Source of the DNA: Octopus vulgaris | Lineage: Eukaryota | Reading direction: 5' to 3' | Assembly: GCA_951406725.2 (NCBI GenBank) | Contig: OX597831.1 | Location: forward strand, 29,264,001-29,328,000 | Length of the DNA: 64,000 nucleotides | Shown here: piece by piece, positions 1 through 15,053 of the stretch | How the letters are laid out: every line of letters begins with the position of its first letter | Position numbering within the stretch: position 1 is the first letter of the stretch | Program-made: the position numbers and the translations under genes | Notes under the pieces: model-generated | Databases searched by the model: none | Told to the model about the DNA's origin: nothing | The model's input: the letters and a program-made list of their open reading frames with translations, nothing else

Positions 1-83
1 ACAATGACATATATATATATACATACACACATACATACACACACACATACACACACACATACATACATACATACATACATACA

Positions 84-115
<32 letters not shown>

Positions 116-486
116 GAATAAGCTCTAGGCATAAAATAAACAATGCAAATTGGCTTGACCATTAAGTAAATAATCTTCAACTCAGTGCTATAGCATCAGC
201 CAGAAATACTTCTGTGTCCACGCGCTCAGATGGATGGCCATCACATGTGGGAGGTGACCAAGGATATACATGGGGACTCTCAAATGTGTTACTGCTCCGG
301 TTCAGAGTTGGACCTGGGAACAAAAATGTCTTAGAAGTGGTTCTACATTCCTCAAGACCCTTGAACCCGCGAAGCAGAGCTCGACAACCGGGCGCAGTTT
401 AAACCCATAACCAAGACATATGTATGTATATACATAGATATCCATACACTCATAGATATCCACACACACACACACACACACACACA

Positions 487-552
<66 letters not shown>

Positions 553-574
553 ATTGACCGCTAAATTCACAAGT

Positions 575-735
575 TGTTTTTATTTTCTGTCTGTTTATTT
601 CCTCGTGTTACTTTCTGTTGAAGAGCGTATGCTCGAAATGTAAAAGACATTCTAACCTTCCCGCACGTCAAACTAATACACCTGCTTGTTGTTTATACAC
701 CTGTCTTCGTCTTTCATTTTTCTGTAAATTTCAAT
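575..735 (+). mobile_element. Short non-coding Penelope-like/retrozyme-type repeat (family P1) carrying a minimal hammerhead motif; runs into (TA)n
   Basis: Reverse complement of the segments at 22675-22767, 43648-43845 and 52434-52620 (shared 'ACACCTGTCTTCGTCTTT' and 'CTGTTGAAGAGCGTA.GCTCGAAA'). Confidence 0.7.
611..646 (+). ncRNA. Minimal type I hammerhead ribozyme motif with a variant core
   Basis: CTTT-CTGTTGA-A-GAGC(GTAT)GCTC-GAAA-TG-TA-AAAG: stem I CTTT/AAAG, stem II GAGC/GCTC. The core has U at position 6, so it is probably impaired. Confidence 0.6.
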
Positions 736-772
736 TATATATATGTGTTTATATATATATACACACACACAG

Positions 773-827
<55 letters not shown>

Positions 828-844
828 TTATACATATACATGTA

Positions 845-923
<79 letters not shown>

Positions 924-929
924 CATATG

Positions 930-964
<35 letters not shown>

Positions 965-1225
965 TTATACATATACATATATGTGTGTATATATATATAC
1001 ACAAATATAAATGCACGTATTTACGAGTATATCTATCTATATGGTCAGTGTATGTATATAAACACGTCTGTATGTGTGTGTGTATATATATGTGTGTGTG
1101 TGTGAGTGTATGTGTAAATATTTATACTTATATATTTACGACACACACAAATATATTTTCAAATAAATACATGCATGTATACAAATATATAAATATATGT
1201 GTATATGTATGTATGTATATGTATA

Positions 1226-1273
<48 letters not shown>

Positions 1274-2454
1274 TGTGCTTGTCTGTGTTTGTGAAATAGA
1301 TGAAACAGTAATCTCCATCTTGTATAGTAAGGGTGTGTGGTAACACGAGGTCCTCTGAGATTTTGCCATAATTACCCACAATCTATCAAATGATCAGTCC
1401 TCTACTTGCCAGAAAATGGATATTCTGAAGACATACGTTGACATTTGGCATTTTCGGCTCCTTTATACCGACTTAATTCCTTCCCTGATTCTTAAGTTGC
1501 CTTTGTTTGTTTGTGTGTTTGTTTCTTGGGCAGCACCTGTTTGAAAGATAAACTCTCATACCCACCCCGCCATATGTATGTGCCTGCGCGTGTGTGTGTG
1601 CGTATGTATGTATGTATGTATGTATGTATGTATGTATGTATGTATGTATGTATGTATGTATGTATGTATGTATGTACGTATGTGTGTACGTATGTGTGTG
1701 TATGTATGTATGTATGTATGTACGTATGTGTGTGTATGTATGTATGTATGTACATATGTGTGTGTATGTATGTATGTATGTATGTATCTATGTATCTATG
1801 TATGTATGTATGTGTGTGTATGTATGTATGTATGTATGTATGTATGTATGTATGTATGTATGTACGTACGTACGTGTGTGTGTATATATATGTATATATA
1901 TATGTATGTACGTACGTGTGTGTATATATATGTATGTATGTACGTACGTGTGTGTATATATGTATGTATCTATGTATGTATGTATCTACGTGCGTGTGTG
2001 TATGTATATATGTACGTAGGTGTGTGAATATGTATGTACGTACATGTGTGTGTATGTATGTATATATGTATGTATGTGTGTATACGTATGTATATAAGTA
2101 TGTATGTATGTGTGTGTATGTATGTACGTACGTACGTACGTGTGTATGTATGTATGTATATATCTATGTATGTATGTATGCACGTACGTGTGTATGTATG
2201 TATATATGTATATGTATTTATGGATGTGTTTCTATTTATGTATGTGTGTGTATGTATGTATATATGCATTTATGTACGTATGTGTGTGTATGTATGTATG
2301 TGTATATATGTACATATGTATGTATGTGTGTGTGTATATATATGTATGTACGTACGTGAGTGTGTATGTATGTATATGTGTGTGTGCGCGTGTGTGTGCC
2401 TGTTTGTATGCATACACGCATATTTGTAAGTATGCATATATTCTTTAATTCTTT

Positions 2455-2660
2455 TACTTTTTTCCTTGTTTCTGTCATTTTGACTGTGGCCATGCTGGAG
2501 CACCGATTTTACTCGAAGAAATGGACCCCTGGACGTTTTCATTGTAAGTCTGGTACTTATTCTATCGGTGTCTTTCGCCGAGCTGCTAAGTTCTGGAACG
2601 TAAACACACCATCATCGGTTGTCAAGCGATGGTGGTGGTGGTGGGGGACAAACACACAAA
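2455..2660 (-). mobile_element. SINE family A, 3' half, diverged
   Basis: 'TGACTGTGGCCATGCTGGAGCACC...GTAAACACACCA.CATCGGTTGTCAAGCGATG' matches other family A copies. Confidence 0.75.
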
Positions 2661-2689
2661 TATATGTATATGCATACATACATATATAC

Positions 2690-2756
<67 letters not shown>

Positions 2757-2930
2757 ATTTTAAGGAAAGGAAAAAAAAAAAAAAAAAAATTTTTCCAATA
2801 TTCTCCAGACATTTTGACACAAATATATATATCTTTTAACATTTAAGCCTTCTGTCGTTTTTTCACACTTTACTATTTTCTTATATATATATATATATAT
2901 ATATAAGCAAAAATAAATCTCTGAGCATAG

Positions 2931-3059
<129 letters not shown>

Positions 3060-3110
3060 TATGCATCCACACACGCACACACATACACATATACATACTC
3101 TCTCTTTTTC

Positions 3111-3483
3111 TCTTTTACTTGTTTCAGTCATTTGACTGCGGCCATGCTGGAGCACCGCCTATAGTCGAGGAAATCGACCCCGAACTTATTCTTTGTAAGC
3201 CCAGTACTTATTCTATCAGGATCTTTTGCCGAACCGCTAAGTGACGGGGACGTAAACACACCAGCATCGGTTGTCAGGCAATGCTAGGGGGACAAACACA
3301 GACACACAAACACACACACACATGCATATATATACATATATACGACAGGCTTCTTTCACAAGTCATTGGTCGGCCCGGGGCTATAGCAGAAGACACTTGC
3401 CCAAGATGCCACGCAGTGGGACTGAACCCGGATCTATGTGGTTGGTTAGCAAGCTACTTACCACACAGCCACTCCTGCGCCTA
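3111..3483 (-). mobile_element. tRNA-derived SINE family A, near full length with an internal deletion
   Basis: On the - strand the head is GGCGCAGGAGTGGCTGTGTGGTAAG (A box)...GGTTCAGTCCC (B box), followed by an internal microsatellite and a tail ending GACTGAAACAAGTAAAAGA. Confidence 0.85.
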
Positions 3484-3549
3484 TACATGTATATATATAT
3501 ATATATATATATCAATATGAACATAGATATATAAACATATATATATATC

Positions 3550-3816
3550 ACGTGATCACGTGACCGACCAGACCATCAGATGTAGTTACACATTCGCATT
3601 GTTTTAGCCTTCGAATGACGCCACCCCGCTGGCTAAGCGAGCATGCCGACAGAAGAAAGAGTGGGAGAAAGAGCAGGGATCACTCTCCCCTGCCGGAGCC
3701 TCGTGGAGCTTTTAGGTGTTTTCGCTCAATAAACACTCACAACGCCCGGTCTTGGAATCGAAACCGCGATCCTACGACCGCGAGTCCGCTGCCCTAACCA
3801 CTAGGCCATTGCGCCT

Positions 3817-3818
<2 letters not shown>
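3550..3818 (-). mobile_element. tRNA-derived SINE family C (tail type 1, ending in CACGTGAT repeats)
   Basis: The - strand head GGAGGCGCAATGGCCTAGTGGTTAGGGCAGCGGAC...GGTTTCGATTCC is shared with the copy at 14135-14487. Confidence 0.8.
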
Positions 3819-3869
<51 letters not shown>

Positions 3870-4369
3870 CATATATATATACATATATAGATATGTATGT
3901 ATATATATGCCTTAAATGTAGCTACTATAAGTTTCAAGCGCGGTTACTACAGTAATTGTAGAAGCTTGTATAACATAGCAAGTAGAATCCTGCCATCTTC
4001 TATGATTAAAATAAGCAAGGATGTTCTCTGAAAAGTGACGAGGGAGGACAAGAAGAACGGAAAATAGGGCAAAATAACGAGAAAAGTGAAAAATCATAAA
4101 GGAAAACTTGGAGGAAAAGTATTGTGTCCCTTTGATTTGTTAGGTGAGGAACGAAGGTAAATTTATTATGAATTAAATGGTTGAGATGGTTAATCCAATG
4201 TTTTTAAGACTGTATGCTTAATCCGGAAAGGGTAGCTTTCTCCACTTGAACAGTAGAAACTTGTCAAGATGCTTGTACCTTGTGAAAATTTCCGACCTCG
4301 AATTCGGTAGGTCGGTGGAGCACTTAGAAACAACAACCCCAGCACCACCAACAACACTACTACAACCGT

Positions 4370-4402
<33 letters not shown>

Positions 4403-4516
4403 AATTTATCTAGTGTCTCAACTTATCCACCAATCTTTATTGTGTCTATCTGTCTCTGTCTGTCCGTCTGACTGTCTGTCTGTGTCTGTCTGCCTGTTGG
4501 TCTATCTGTCTGTCTG

Positions 4517-4547
<31 letters not shown>

Positions 4548-4605
4548 CTGTCAATCAGTCAATCAATCGATCGATCAATCAATCGATCGATCAATCAATC
4601 GATCG

Positions 4606-4661
<56 letters not shown>

Positions 4662-4818
4662 CAACGCTGCTACACGACATCTCATTAAAATTTCCCAACT
4701 TTTTAATAGGTTGTATAAAATTGAATTGTTGAAACTAACGTAACTTTTGATTTTGATGAGCATGGCATCTCTGAAGTTATTTCCGGGTTGGTTATGTGAT
4801 TTGACAGGCAGAGAGTGT

Positions 4819-4854
<36 letters not shown>

Positions 4855-5160
4855 ACTCAGACACATACATACATACACTCACACGCACACACGCACCGCA
4901 CACATACATAGACACATGCATTCATCAATACATACATAGATATACACACATACATAGATACATAGATACATAATACATACATACATACATACATAATACA
5001 TACATACATACATACATACATACATAATACATACATACTTACATACATACATAATACATACATACATAAATACATACATACATACACATACATAAATACA
5101 TGCATGCATACATACATACATAAATACATACATACATACATACATACATACATACATACA

Positions 5161-5191
<31 letters not shown>

Positions 5192-5892
5192 TATTCGTAC
5201 ATATAGGTAGATGTACATTACATACGTACAACCATAAATACGTACGTACATACACACAGACAGACGGGCAGATTGACGGACAGACTGACGGACAGGCTTA
5301 CGGACAGACTGACGAACTGACAGCCAGACAGACAGGGAGTCAGAGAAGCAAAGCAGCATGGGCTGAGCTGTGACAGGGGCGATAGTGAGGGGCGATAATG
5401 AAGGAGTTTTACAGTGAAATTGTGTCTATAAATATCTTGTAATCAGTTAAAATGGCAGCTACAGCAATAATAGAAAGACGAAGACGTCGTTGTCGGATCA
5501 ATAGATTTTTCATTAGTTTACTTGGCAGTGTTCACTTATCAGTTGTGACATATCAATTACACAATCCTGGTGTGGCGAACCAGGCTGACAATCGGACAGA
5601 CACGCCGGCAATCGCAAAAGACAGGCAGAACAGACAGAAGGGAGAGAAAGACAGGCAGGCAGTCAGGCCGACAGACGGAGAGATTGAGAGAGAATGAGTG
5701 AGGGAGAGAGAGAGAGAGAGAGACAGAGAGAGAGAGAGGCAGCGAAAAGGTGAGATGCTGGGTGGATATCTTGTTAAAAATACTGCCAAAACCATTATAG
5801 ATATGATCACATGACGAGGGCTAATGATAATGGTGTAGAGACACACAGACAGCGCAGAGGAAATATATATATACACACACGTATTTCTGTGT

Positions 5893-5923
<31 letters not shown>

Positions 5924-6140
5924 AGTGTGTATCTACATATATAAACACGCAGACATATATCTGTATGTATAAATGTATATATATACACGCATGCACACAC
6001 GCACACAACACTCACGCATGCACAAACATACATACATATATACTTACATATATATATCTACTTACATATATATATATGTATATATATATGTATATATATA
6101 CTTATATGTTTATTGAGCATATACATTTATACATACATAC

Positions 6141-6180
<40 letters not shown>

Positions 6181-6332
6181 ATAAACATATATATATGTAT
6201 AAGTCTATTATACATATACATACACACATTCATATACATATATTTATATGCTTATGTATGCGTATGCATATATGTATGTATGCATGTATGCATGTATATA
6301 CTTATGTACGTGTGAACGTATATATGTAAATA

Positions 6333-6397
<65 letters not shown>

Positions 6398-6728
6398 GTG
6401 TGTATTATATATTCAGTTTAGTAAAAGACTGACTCGACACAACAAATACGTACATCCATACACATACACACACGCACACACACATACACATAAACACATT
6501 TGCACACATTCGGGAGGCTTGGAAAATGGCTACATGCTTTTTTTGCTTGTTTTTAAGAGACGGAAATGAGACCGTGTTGCAGGTCAATGTTATAGTGTCA
6601 AGGGAACCATTAATTTTAAATGGTGTTCTCCAGGGAGCTGCCTTAAATCCATTACTGTATATTAAACCCCGCTCAGACATGCCACCAGTTATAGGAAACA
6701 CCAATCTCACTGATAACGTTAGTAGGGT

Positions 6729-7360
6729 AATCCCCCTACTGGGAACTTTCGTGAAAGTAATCCCACCCACATCCCACTCAGAACTTTCGAGGAAGTCATT
6801 CCTCCCCTTCCTCCTCCTTGGAACTTTCCAAGAAGTCATTCCTCCCCTCATCGGCACTTTCCAGCAAGTAATTCATCCCCTCCTTGGAACTTTCCAGGAA
6901 GTAATTCCCCCTCATCGGAACTCTCCAGGAAGTAATTTCCTCTCCTTGAAACTTTCCAGGAAGTAATTCCCCCCCTCGGAACTTTCTAGGAAGTAACTCC
7001 TCCCTTCCCCACTTCTCGCAACTTTCCAGGAAGTAATTTCTCCCCTTCCTACTCCTCATCGGAACTTTCCAGGAAGTAATTCCTCCCCATTCCTCGGAAC
7101 TTTCCACGAAGTAATTCCTCCCCCTCCCCGGAATTCTCCTTGTAGTAATTCCTTCCACTCCTCGGAACTTTCAAGGTAATTTCCTCCACATTGGAACTTT
7201 CTGGAAAGTAATTTCTCCCCTTCCTACTCCTCATCGGAACTTCTTAGGAAGTAATTCCTCCCCTTCCTCCCCCCCTCGGAACTTTCCAGGAAGTAATTCC
7301 TCCACATCATCGGAACTTCCCAGGAAGTAATTCCTCCCCTTCCTCCCCCTCCTCGCAAAT
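6729..7360. repeat. Minisatellite, ~17-18 units of a GGAACTTTCCAGGAAGTAATTCC core plus a variable C/T-rich linker
   Basis: Read directly; units are about 29-42 bp and degenerate toward the left edge. Confidence 0.9.
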
Positions 7361-7579
7361 TTTCAACAATTTAATGGTGCAAACACATTGTAATGAGGAT
7401 ACACAGAACTAGGAGAGATTTACGGATGAGCAGACTCATTATTAAAACTAGTCAAATACTGAGTTGTTTGTTGACTCAACGCTTATTTAAGCAATGTATC
7501 TATCTATCTGTCTGTCTGGCTATCTATCTATCTATCTATCAATCTATTTATCTATCTATCTATCTATATATCAATCTAT

Positions 7580-7690
<111 letters not shown>

Positions 7691-7736
7691 TGACTCTATC
7701 TATCTGTCTATATCCATCTATCCATCCATCCATCCA

Positions 7737-7809
<73 letters not shown>

Positions 7810-8502
7810 ATCTATCTATTTATCCCTCCATCCATCAATCTATCAATCTATCTATCAGTTTGCGAGTCTGTATAGGCAATGGGTGTGTATGAGGTGTGTG
7901 TGTGTGTGCGTGTGTGTGCGTGTGTGTGTGGCTTGTGTGTGCATGAGCGATCATTGGCGAGTGCATGTATGTGTTGTGAGCAGTGAGTATATATGAGTGA
8001 TGATACGGTGTGTATATGTGTGGTAATAATATGTGTGTGTGTTTTCTGAAATTCCTGCGCCTGAACACAACCAGGTGTGTTTAGCATCATCACTGTGCTA
8101 CATGTGTTCACCATATATATGCTCCATGTACTGACTACAGAAAGGCCTCAATGTTTATTTGTTTATCTGTTTACGTGACCTTTCGTGAAAGGTAGTGGAC
8201 GGGATTCGGAAGGGTGGGTTAAAAAGGTCAAAACCTATTTCCCTCATCGATGTCTTCCTCATGTCTTTCCTCATCCCACACCGTACCTACTCCCTTTATA
8301 ACCACAGTGTTCCAGCCACCGCGGGAGGTTGTACGTGGTCGCTTTGTTAGCTAGAAATATCTCCAATAAGTCTCACTTTTTTGTGAAGGACGCATAAAAT
8401 AATAGTACTCAAGATACATTATAATTGAATAAAAGGAGGCATGGTCTCGGCTGGACCGTTTTTGAATCATTTACCTTCAGCATCAGGTGTAACTTGGAGC
8501 TG

Positions 8503-8809
8503 GTATTTATTTTATCGAACCCGAAAGGATGAAAGGCAAAGTCGACCTCAGCGGAATTTGAACTCAGAACGTAGAGGCAGACGAAATACCCATTTCTTTA
8601 CTACCAACTAGGGGATAAACACAGAGGGAACAAACAAGGACAGACAAACGGATTAAGTCGATTATATCGACCCCAGTGCGTAACTGGTACTTAATTTATC
8701 GACCCCGAAAGGATGAAAGGCAAAGTCGACCTCGGCGGAATTTGAACTCAGAAGAAATACCGCTAAGCATTTCGTTCAGCATGCTAACGATTCTGCCAGC
8801 TCGCCGCCC
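8503..8809 (-). mobile_element. tRNA-derived SINE family B with an internally duplicated body
   Basis: The - strand head GGCGGCGAGCTGGCAGAATCGTTAGC...GAGTTCAAATTCC is followed by the core GCCGAGGTCGACTTTGCCTTTCATCCTTTCGGGGTCGATAAA, present twice. Confidence 0.85.
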
Positions 8810-8816
8810 TATAATG

Positions 8817-8881
<65 letters not shown>

Positions 8882-8887
8882 CAGCAG

Positions 8888-9092
8888 AAGGCAGCGAGTT
8901 AGCCAATTCGTTAGCATACCGATCAAAAAGCCTAGCGACATTTCGTCCGTCTTTATGTTCTGAGTTCAACTTCCGCCGAGGTCGACTTTACCTTTCATCC
9001 TTTCGGAGTCGATAAATTAAGTACTGGGTTCGATCTAATTGACTGGCCCCCTCCCCCCAAATTTCAATCCTTATGCCTAGGGTCGAAAAGAA
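8888..9092 (+). mobile_element. SINE family B, inverted relative to the neighbouring copy
   Basis: Same head and core; separated from 8503-8809 by a (TAA)n tract. Confidence 0.8.
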
Positions 9093-9147
9093 TATTTGAT
9101 AGAGGTTTGTGTATAGGTTACATAAGTTCTAGTAACTGAAGGGCCAC

Positions 9148-9290
9148 ATGTATTGATTAAATATAGACTGCGGTGATTGATCGGGAACTATATATCGATT
9201 ATAGACTTCAGTGAGTGAAGAAACTTATGTATCGATTATATATTGACTGCACTGATTGACTGTGAGTTTAATATCGATTATACATATTTC
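9148..9290. repeat. Degenerate tandem repeat (~4 units of ~37-43 bp, core TATCGATTATA.GACT)
   Basis: Recurrent 'atcgattata...gactgc..tgattga'. Confidence 0.55.
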
Positions 9291-9365
9291 GGTATTTGTA
9301 AGGACTAGAATTGACCCTGAAGAAATAAGAGTCAAATTCACGCGCTCTCTCTGTCTTCACGTAAC

Positions 9366-9401
<36 letters not shown>

Positions 9402-9660
9402 TACAGTCTCTCTATATTTGTGTAACTACTATCTCTCTCTCTCCCCCTCACAATCTCTCTCAACTCCCATATAAAAGCAATCTCAGACTTTTCCTCAAAC
9501 TCTCTCGCTCTTTCTCCCTCTGTCTCTCTCTCTCTCTCTCTCTCTCTTCCCACCTCTCGCTATCACTCCTCCAGTCGTAATGTCTCTTATTAAGCATTTC
9601 ATATGTCTTTGAAATCTGGTATCTCTGGTATGTAAACACACACACTCGCATGCACACAGG

Positions 9661-9709
<49 letters not shown>

Positions 9710-9845
9710 ATACACAAGCGCGTTTACGCACTCAGGAATATATACACGCATAAATAACACACACACGCACGCACACACACGCACACACACACACATATAT
9801 ATATATTTGATAGGGGCTTGTATGTATAGATATTTATGGGTGCGC

Positions 9846-9954
<109 letters not shown>

Positions 9955-10122
9955 TGTATATATATATATTACATATATGTATATATATACATACAGACAT
10001 ATATGCTTATATATATATATATAGTACATATATACACGTATATTCTATTTATATGCATATATGTGTGAGTACATGTGTGTGTACACGTGTGGATTTTATA
10101 TCTATATATATGTGTGTGTATG

Positions 10123-10153
<31 letters not shown>

Positions 10154-10464
10154 GTGCGTGTGTGTGTGTACACAAACACACATATATATATGTAAGAACA
10201 TACATTAATATAAACATGTAAATATGGGTGGATCTGTTAAGGTTATATCTCCTAAAACGAGGACACGTTCACACACGCACGAACATCACATACATCTCAC
10301 ACACATACATATACACACACACACACACACACAGAAACACACACACACGCACTCAACCAGATACGATATTTTATCAGATCTGCCATACAATTTTTCTGTC
10401 AGACTATCAGTTTTTGATACATTTTATATACACCGCTGTAAGCATACATGTATGTATGTATATG

Positions 10465-10523
<59 letters not shown>

Positions 10524-10652
10524 GTATATGTATGCATATATACATATATATATATACATATATATATGTATATATATATACACATATATATATGTATATA
10601 TATGTATATATATATACATATATATATGTATATAACTATGTATAGATATGTT

Positions 10653-10684
<32 letters not shown>

Positions 10685-11153
10685 CATACATATATACATA
10701 CATATATACATATATACATATATATATATATGCATATATATATATACATATATATAAATACATATATATATATACATATATATGCATACATATATATGTA
10801 TATGTATATATGTGTGTGTGTGTGCATGTGTGTGTGTGTATGTGTGTGTGTGTGTGCGAGAGTGAGTGTATATATCTGTATATGTAAGTCTGTCTCTTAG
10901 TGTGTCGTCCTGTGTTTTGTGGGGTGTGGACAGTTTTTTGGGTGTTAACATGTTTCCCTTACGTTAATGTTTTTTTTTTACCATAATAGCATATACATAC
11001 CTCCACACGGACACATATATATACACACACACATATATAGAAACGCCTGAAGTATATACCAAAATTTACCTACGATAATATATATATCTATGTCACGTAT
11101 ACATATAATTGTATATATATGTTTGTATGTATATATGTACACAAATGTATATG

Positions 11154-11203
<50 letters not shown>

Positions 11204-11206
11204 AAT

Positions 11207-11600
11207 AGGCGCGGGCGTGGCTGTGTGGTAAGAAGCTTGCTCTACAACAACATGGTTTCAGGTTCAATCCCACTGGGTGGCACATTCGGCAATTATCTTC
11301 TACTATAGCCTTCAGAGTAGAATCATTAGACGGAGACTGACAGAAGCTCGTCTTACATATATATTTATGTCTATGCATCTTTGTGCCTGTGTTTCCTCCC
11401 ACCACGCCCATCACCGCTTGACAACCGGTGCTGGTGTGTTTACTTCCCCGTAACTTAGCGGGTCGACAAAGAGTTCGATAGGATAAGTACTAGGCTTTAT
11501 AAAAAGTCCTGGAATCGACTTGTTCAGCTAAAACCCTTCAAGACGATGCTCCAGAGTGGCTGCAGTAAAATGATTGAAACAAGTAAAAGAATAAAAGAAT
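11207..11600 (+). mobile_element. SINE family A, diverged full-length copy
   Basis: Head GGCGCGGGCGTGGCTGTGTGGTAAG, B box GGTTCAATCCC, tail GAAACAAGTAAAAGAATAAAAGA. Confidence 0.8.
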
Positions 11601-11704
11601 ATACATACATACATACGTGAGTGGCTGTGTGGGTCTTCATGTAGTATATATATACATATATATGTCGTATATATATATATATAATATATATATATAATAT
11701 ATAA

Positions 11705-11845
<141 letters not shown>

Positions 11846-11904
11846 ATAGATAAATGAAAAATGGAACTAAAAGGCAATAGAGGACAGATATATATACATA
11901 CATG

Positions 11905-12130
11905 TATTTGTGTATCTGTGTTTGCCCCCCTCCCCACTCCATCATCGCTTGACAACCGATGCTGATTGTGTTTAGGTTCCCGTAACCTAGCGGTTCGACA
12001 AAAGAATTGATATAATATGTCCAAGGCTTAGAAAGAATATGTCCTGGGGTGAAATTCTTGACTAAAGGCGGTGCTCTAGCATGGCCGCAGTCAAATGACT
12101 GAAACAAATAATAGGATAAAAGAATAAAAG
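11905..12130 (+). mobile_element. SINE family A, 3' half
   Basis: CATCGCTTGACAACCGATGCT...GCATGGCCGCAGTCAAATGACTGAAACAA. Confidence 0.8.
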
Positions 12131-12180
12131 TATATTTATATACATACATACATACATACACACACACGCACACACACTCA

Positions 12181-12249
<69 letters not shown>

Positions 12250-12786
12250 GTATGTATACGAGATATAAATCCGCCATATGCTTATATGAAATATAGATAG
12301 ATATAATGTTGACATATCTACAGACATCATAAAAAGAAAACACCCGTCTGCCGCTTACACCTTTTATCACAACAATAACTCGGGCCCCTTCGTCCACCAT
12401 ATTACATCCTTATATCAACATGTTTTGTAAATGTTTCACTGTTTATTTTCGGGGCTTTTTACTGCTAATCTATCCCTGATGTACATACGTGTTTGTGTGT
12501 GTGTGTGTGTTGGTACGAGTAGATATCTGTACATGCTTTTTTTATTAGCAGAAAAAAGATTGCGTGTGAATTGTGTGTGGTCATTGTTTGGCAAAGGAAT
12601 CCTACTCTCATTTCGCACACATACATATATACATACATCATATATACGTGTGTGTGTGTGTGTGTGTGTGTGTGAGTGAATGTTTGTATGAGTGTGTGTG
12701 TGTTTGTGTGTATGTATACATAAAATACATTATATATATGTATATACATGTATATATGTATAAATATATATATATGTGTGTGTCTG

Positions 12787-12839
<53 letters not shown>

Positions 12840-12880
12840 GTATCTATCTATATCTATATCTATTTTCCATATCTATATCT

Positions 12881-12933
<53 letters not shown>

Positions 12934-13181
12934 TGATAAACAGTTTTATATATACATACATATATACATACATAGACACACAAGTATATAGAACATGCAT
13001 ATACACACATACGTGTGTGTGTGTGTGTGGGGGGGGGGTGTATGTAAGTGTATGCTTCATTTTTGGCATGTAGCTACCAATTTCTGGGGAGGGCATAAGT
13101 TTATTGGTACTCGACCCTGAAAGGATAAAAAGCAAAGTCAACTTCGGCAGCATTTGAACTCAGAGCGTTGTGTATGCATAC

Positions 13182-13212
<31 letters not shown>

Positions 13213-13356
13213 TGTATGTATGTATGTATGTATGTATGTATGTATGTGTGTGTGTATGTATGTATGTATGTTTGTATGTATGTATGTTGTATGTATGTAT
13301 GTATGTATGTATGTATGTGTGTATATATATATGTGTATATATATATATATATATAT

Positions 13357-13525
13357 AGGCGCAGGAGTGGGTGTGTTGTAAGTAGCTTGCTTACCAACCA
13401 CGTGGTTACGGGTTCAGTCCCACTGCGTGGCACCTTGGACAAGTGTCTTCTACTATAGCCACGGGCCTACCAAAGACTTGTGAGTGGATTTGGTAGACAG
13501 AAACTGAAAGAAGTCCGTCATATAT
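13357..13525 (+). mobile_element. SINE family A, 5' half
   Basis: Head, A/B boxes and GGCACCTTGG.CAAGTGTCTTCTACTATAGCC. Confidence 0.8.
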
Positions 13526-14134
13526 ATGTATATATGTATGTGTGTGTATGTATGTGTGTGTGTGCATATGTGTGTGTAATGGGGTATCGGTATATATACC
13601 GAAATGTAAGGAGAAATATACACATCCACGCATACAAACACACATAAAGAAGCACAGAAATACGCACATACAGATATATACTAATAAACTATGTACGCAC
13701 CTCCCCCCACACACATACTAGAAAAGAAAAAAGAGAAAAAAAAACACTTTCTCACATCACATCACCACACGCTAACAGGATGTCCGGTTTCGGACGAGAA
13801 AAGACAACGAAGCTGGTGGCCATTTTCTTTTCTCTTTTTTCGTTTTTATTTTCTAGTATTTGGTAAACAATCATCGCGGGAATTCTACATCGATGTATTT
13901 TTATGCAGCATCCTAATTTATATTGTTTGTGTGGTAGGGTCACGGCTGGAAAAAGTATTACTCCTGGCAGAACTTACAGAGAAGGGTTTCATCATAAAAA
14001 AAGTTAATGAGTTACTCATATTTTTTACTTTGTGTAATATACGTAAACATTGTTTTTGCTATCAGAACGTTAACCTATATAGTTTTATATTTGTACGTTT
14101 ATGTGTTGTTGCTGTTTGTTTGTTTGTTGAGCGA

Positions 14135-14487
14135 AGCGGTCTTCGTCCCATTAGTGGAAGAAGTCCGAAACATGGTCCTTTGCTATTCGTAAGACCCGCA
14201 GAAGAGAAAGCAGGTCAACCCCCGACACCGAGAGCATCGACGAATGGATGAATGCGCATCCAGGCTCAGCGGTTGCGTAGGAAGTCGGGGACAAGAAACA
14301 GGAAGAAAGAGTGAGAGAAAGTTGGAGCGAAAGAGTACAACAGGGGTCGCCACCACCCACTGCCGGAGCCTCGTGGAGCTGTAGGTGTTTTTGCTCAATA
14401 AACACACACAACGGCCGGTCTGGGAATCGAAACCGCGATCCTCCGATCGCGAGTCCGCTGCCCTTACCATTGGGCCATTGCGCATCC
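14135..14487 (-). mobile_element. SINE family C (tail type 2, ending in (CAAA)n)
   Basis: Head nearly identical to 3550-3818, but the 3' tail is unrelated. Confidence 0.8.
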
Positions 14488-14679
14488 AATGTTGTTGCTG
14501 TTGTTGTTGTTTTAACTTGAGATCGAAAATCTGGCTTGCAGCTGCAACAGGGTAGACTCAACTAAAAGCATCCTGTGACCGGTTAGTGGTTTTAAACCAG
14601 GTGACAAATTATCGTTTGGTGTTTGCGTCTATATGTGTGTATGTGTGTGCATGCGTGTGTGTGCGTGTGTGTGTGTGTG

Positions 14680-14735
<56 letters not shown>

Positions 14736-15053
14736 TTAAATTATAATCGAGTAGGAACCTTGTAGGATGCTGTTTAAAGTCCGTTCTCAGTGTTTGCCAT
14801 AGTCGTATAAGGTTAAGTGAAAGGCGCGGGACTTGTTTAAAGATCGATCACCCGAGGAGATGCAATCTGTACCTGTGATGCTAAACAATTGATTGTACAG
14901 AATCTCATCTGTGAGATACAGAATTGATATAAAGGCCAGAGTGTAGTGTGCGGAGAATTAGAAACTTGATAACTACCCTGCACGAAACCTTAGGTATTTT
15001 TAAGTATTGGGTTTTGTATTCTCGATTGTACCCCACAAATCTCCCTCAATGTA

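Noticed and set aside
6729-7360. CRISPR-like look (conserved core plus variable spacer)
   Set aside because: The spacers are short, mutually similar C/T runs, the repeats are degenerate, there are no cas genes, and the context is eukaryotic.
13691-14251. 186-aa ORF with non-repetitive composition
   Set aside because: No recognisable motif; it is AT-rich and hydrophobic, and its 3' third is the antisense of a SINE tail.
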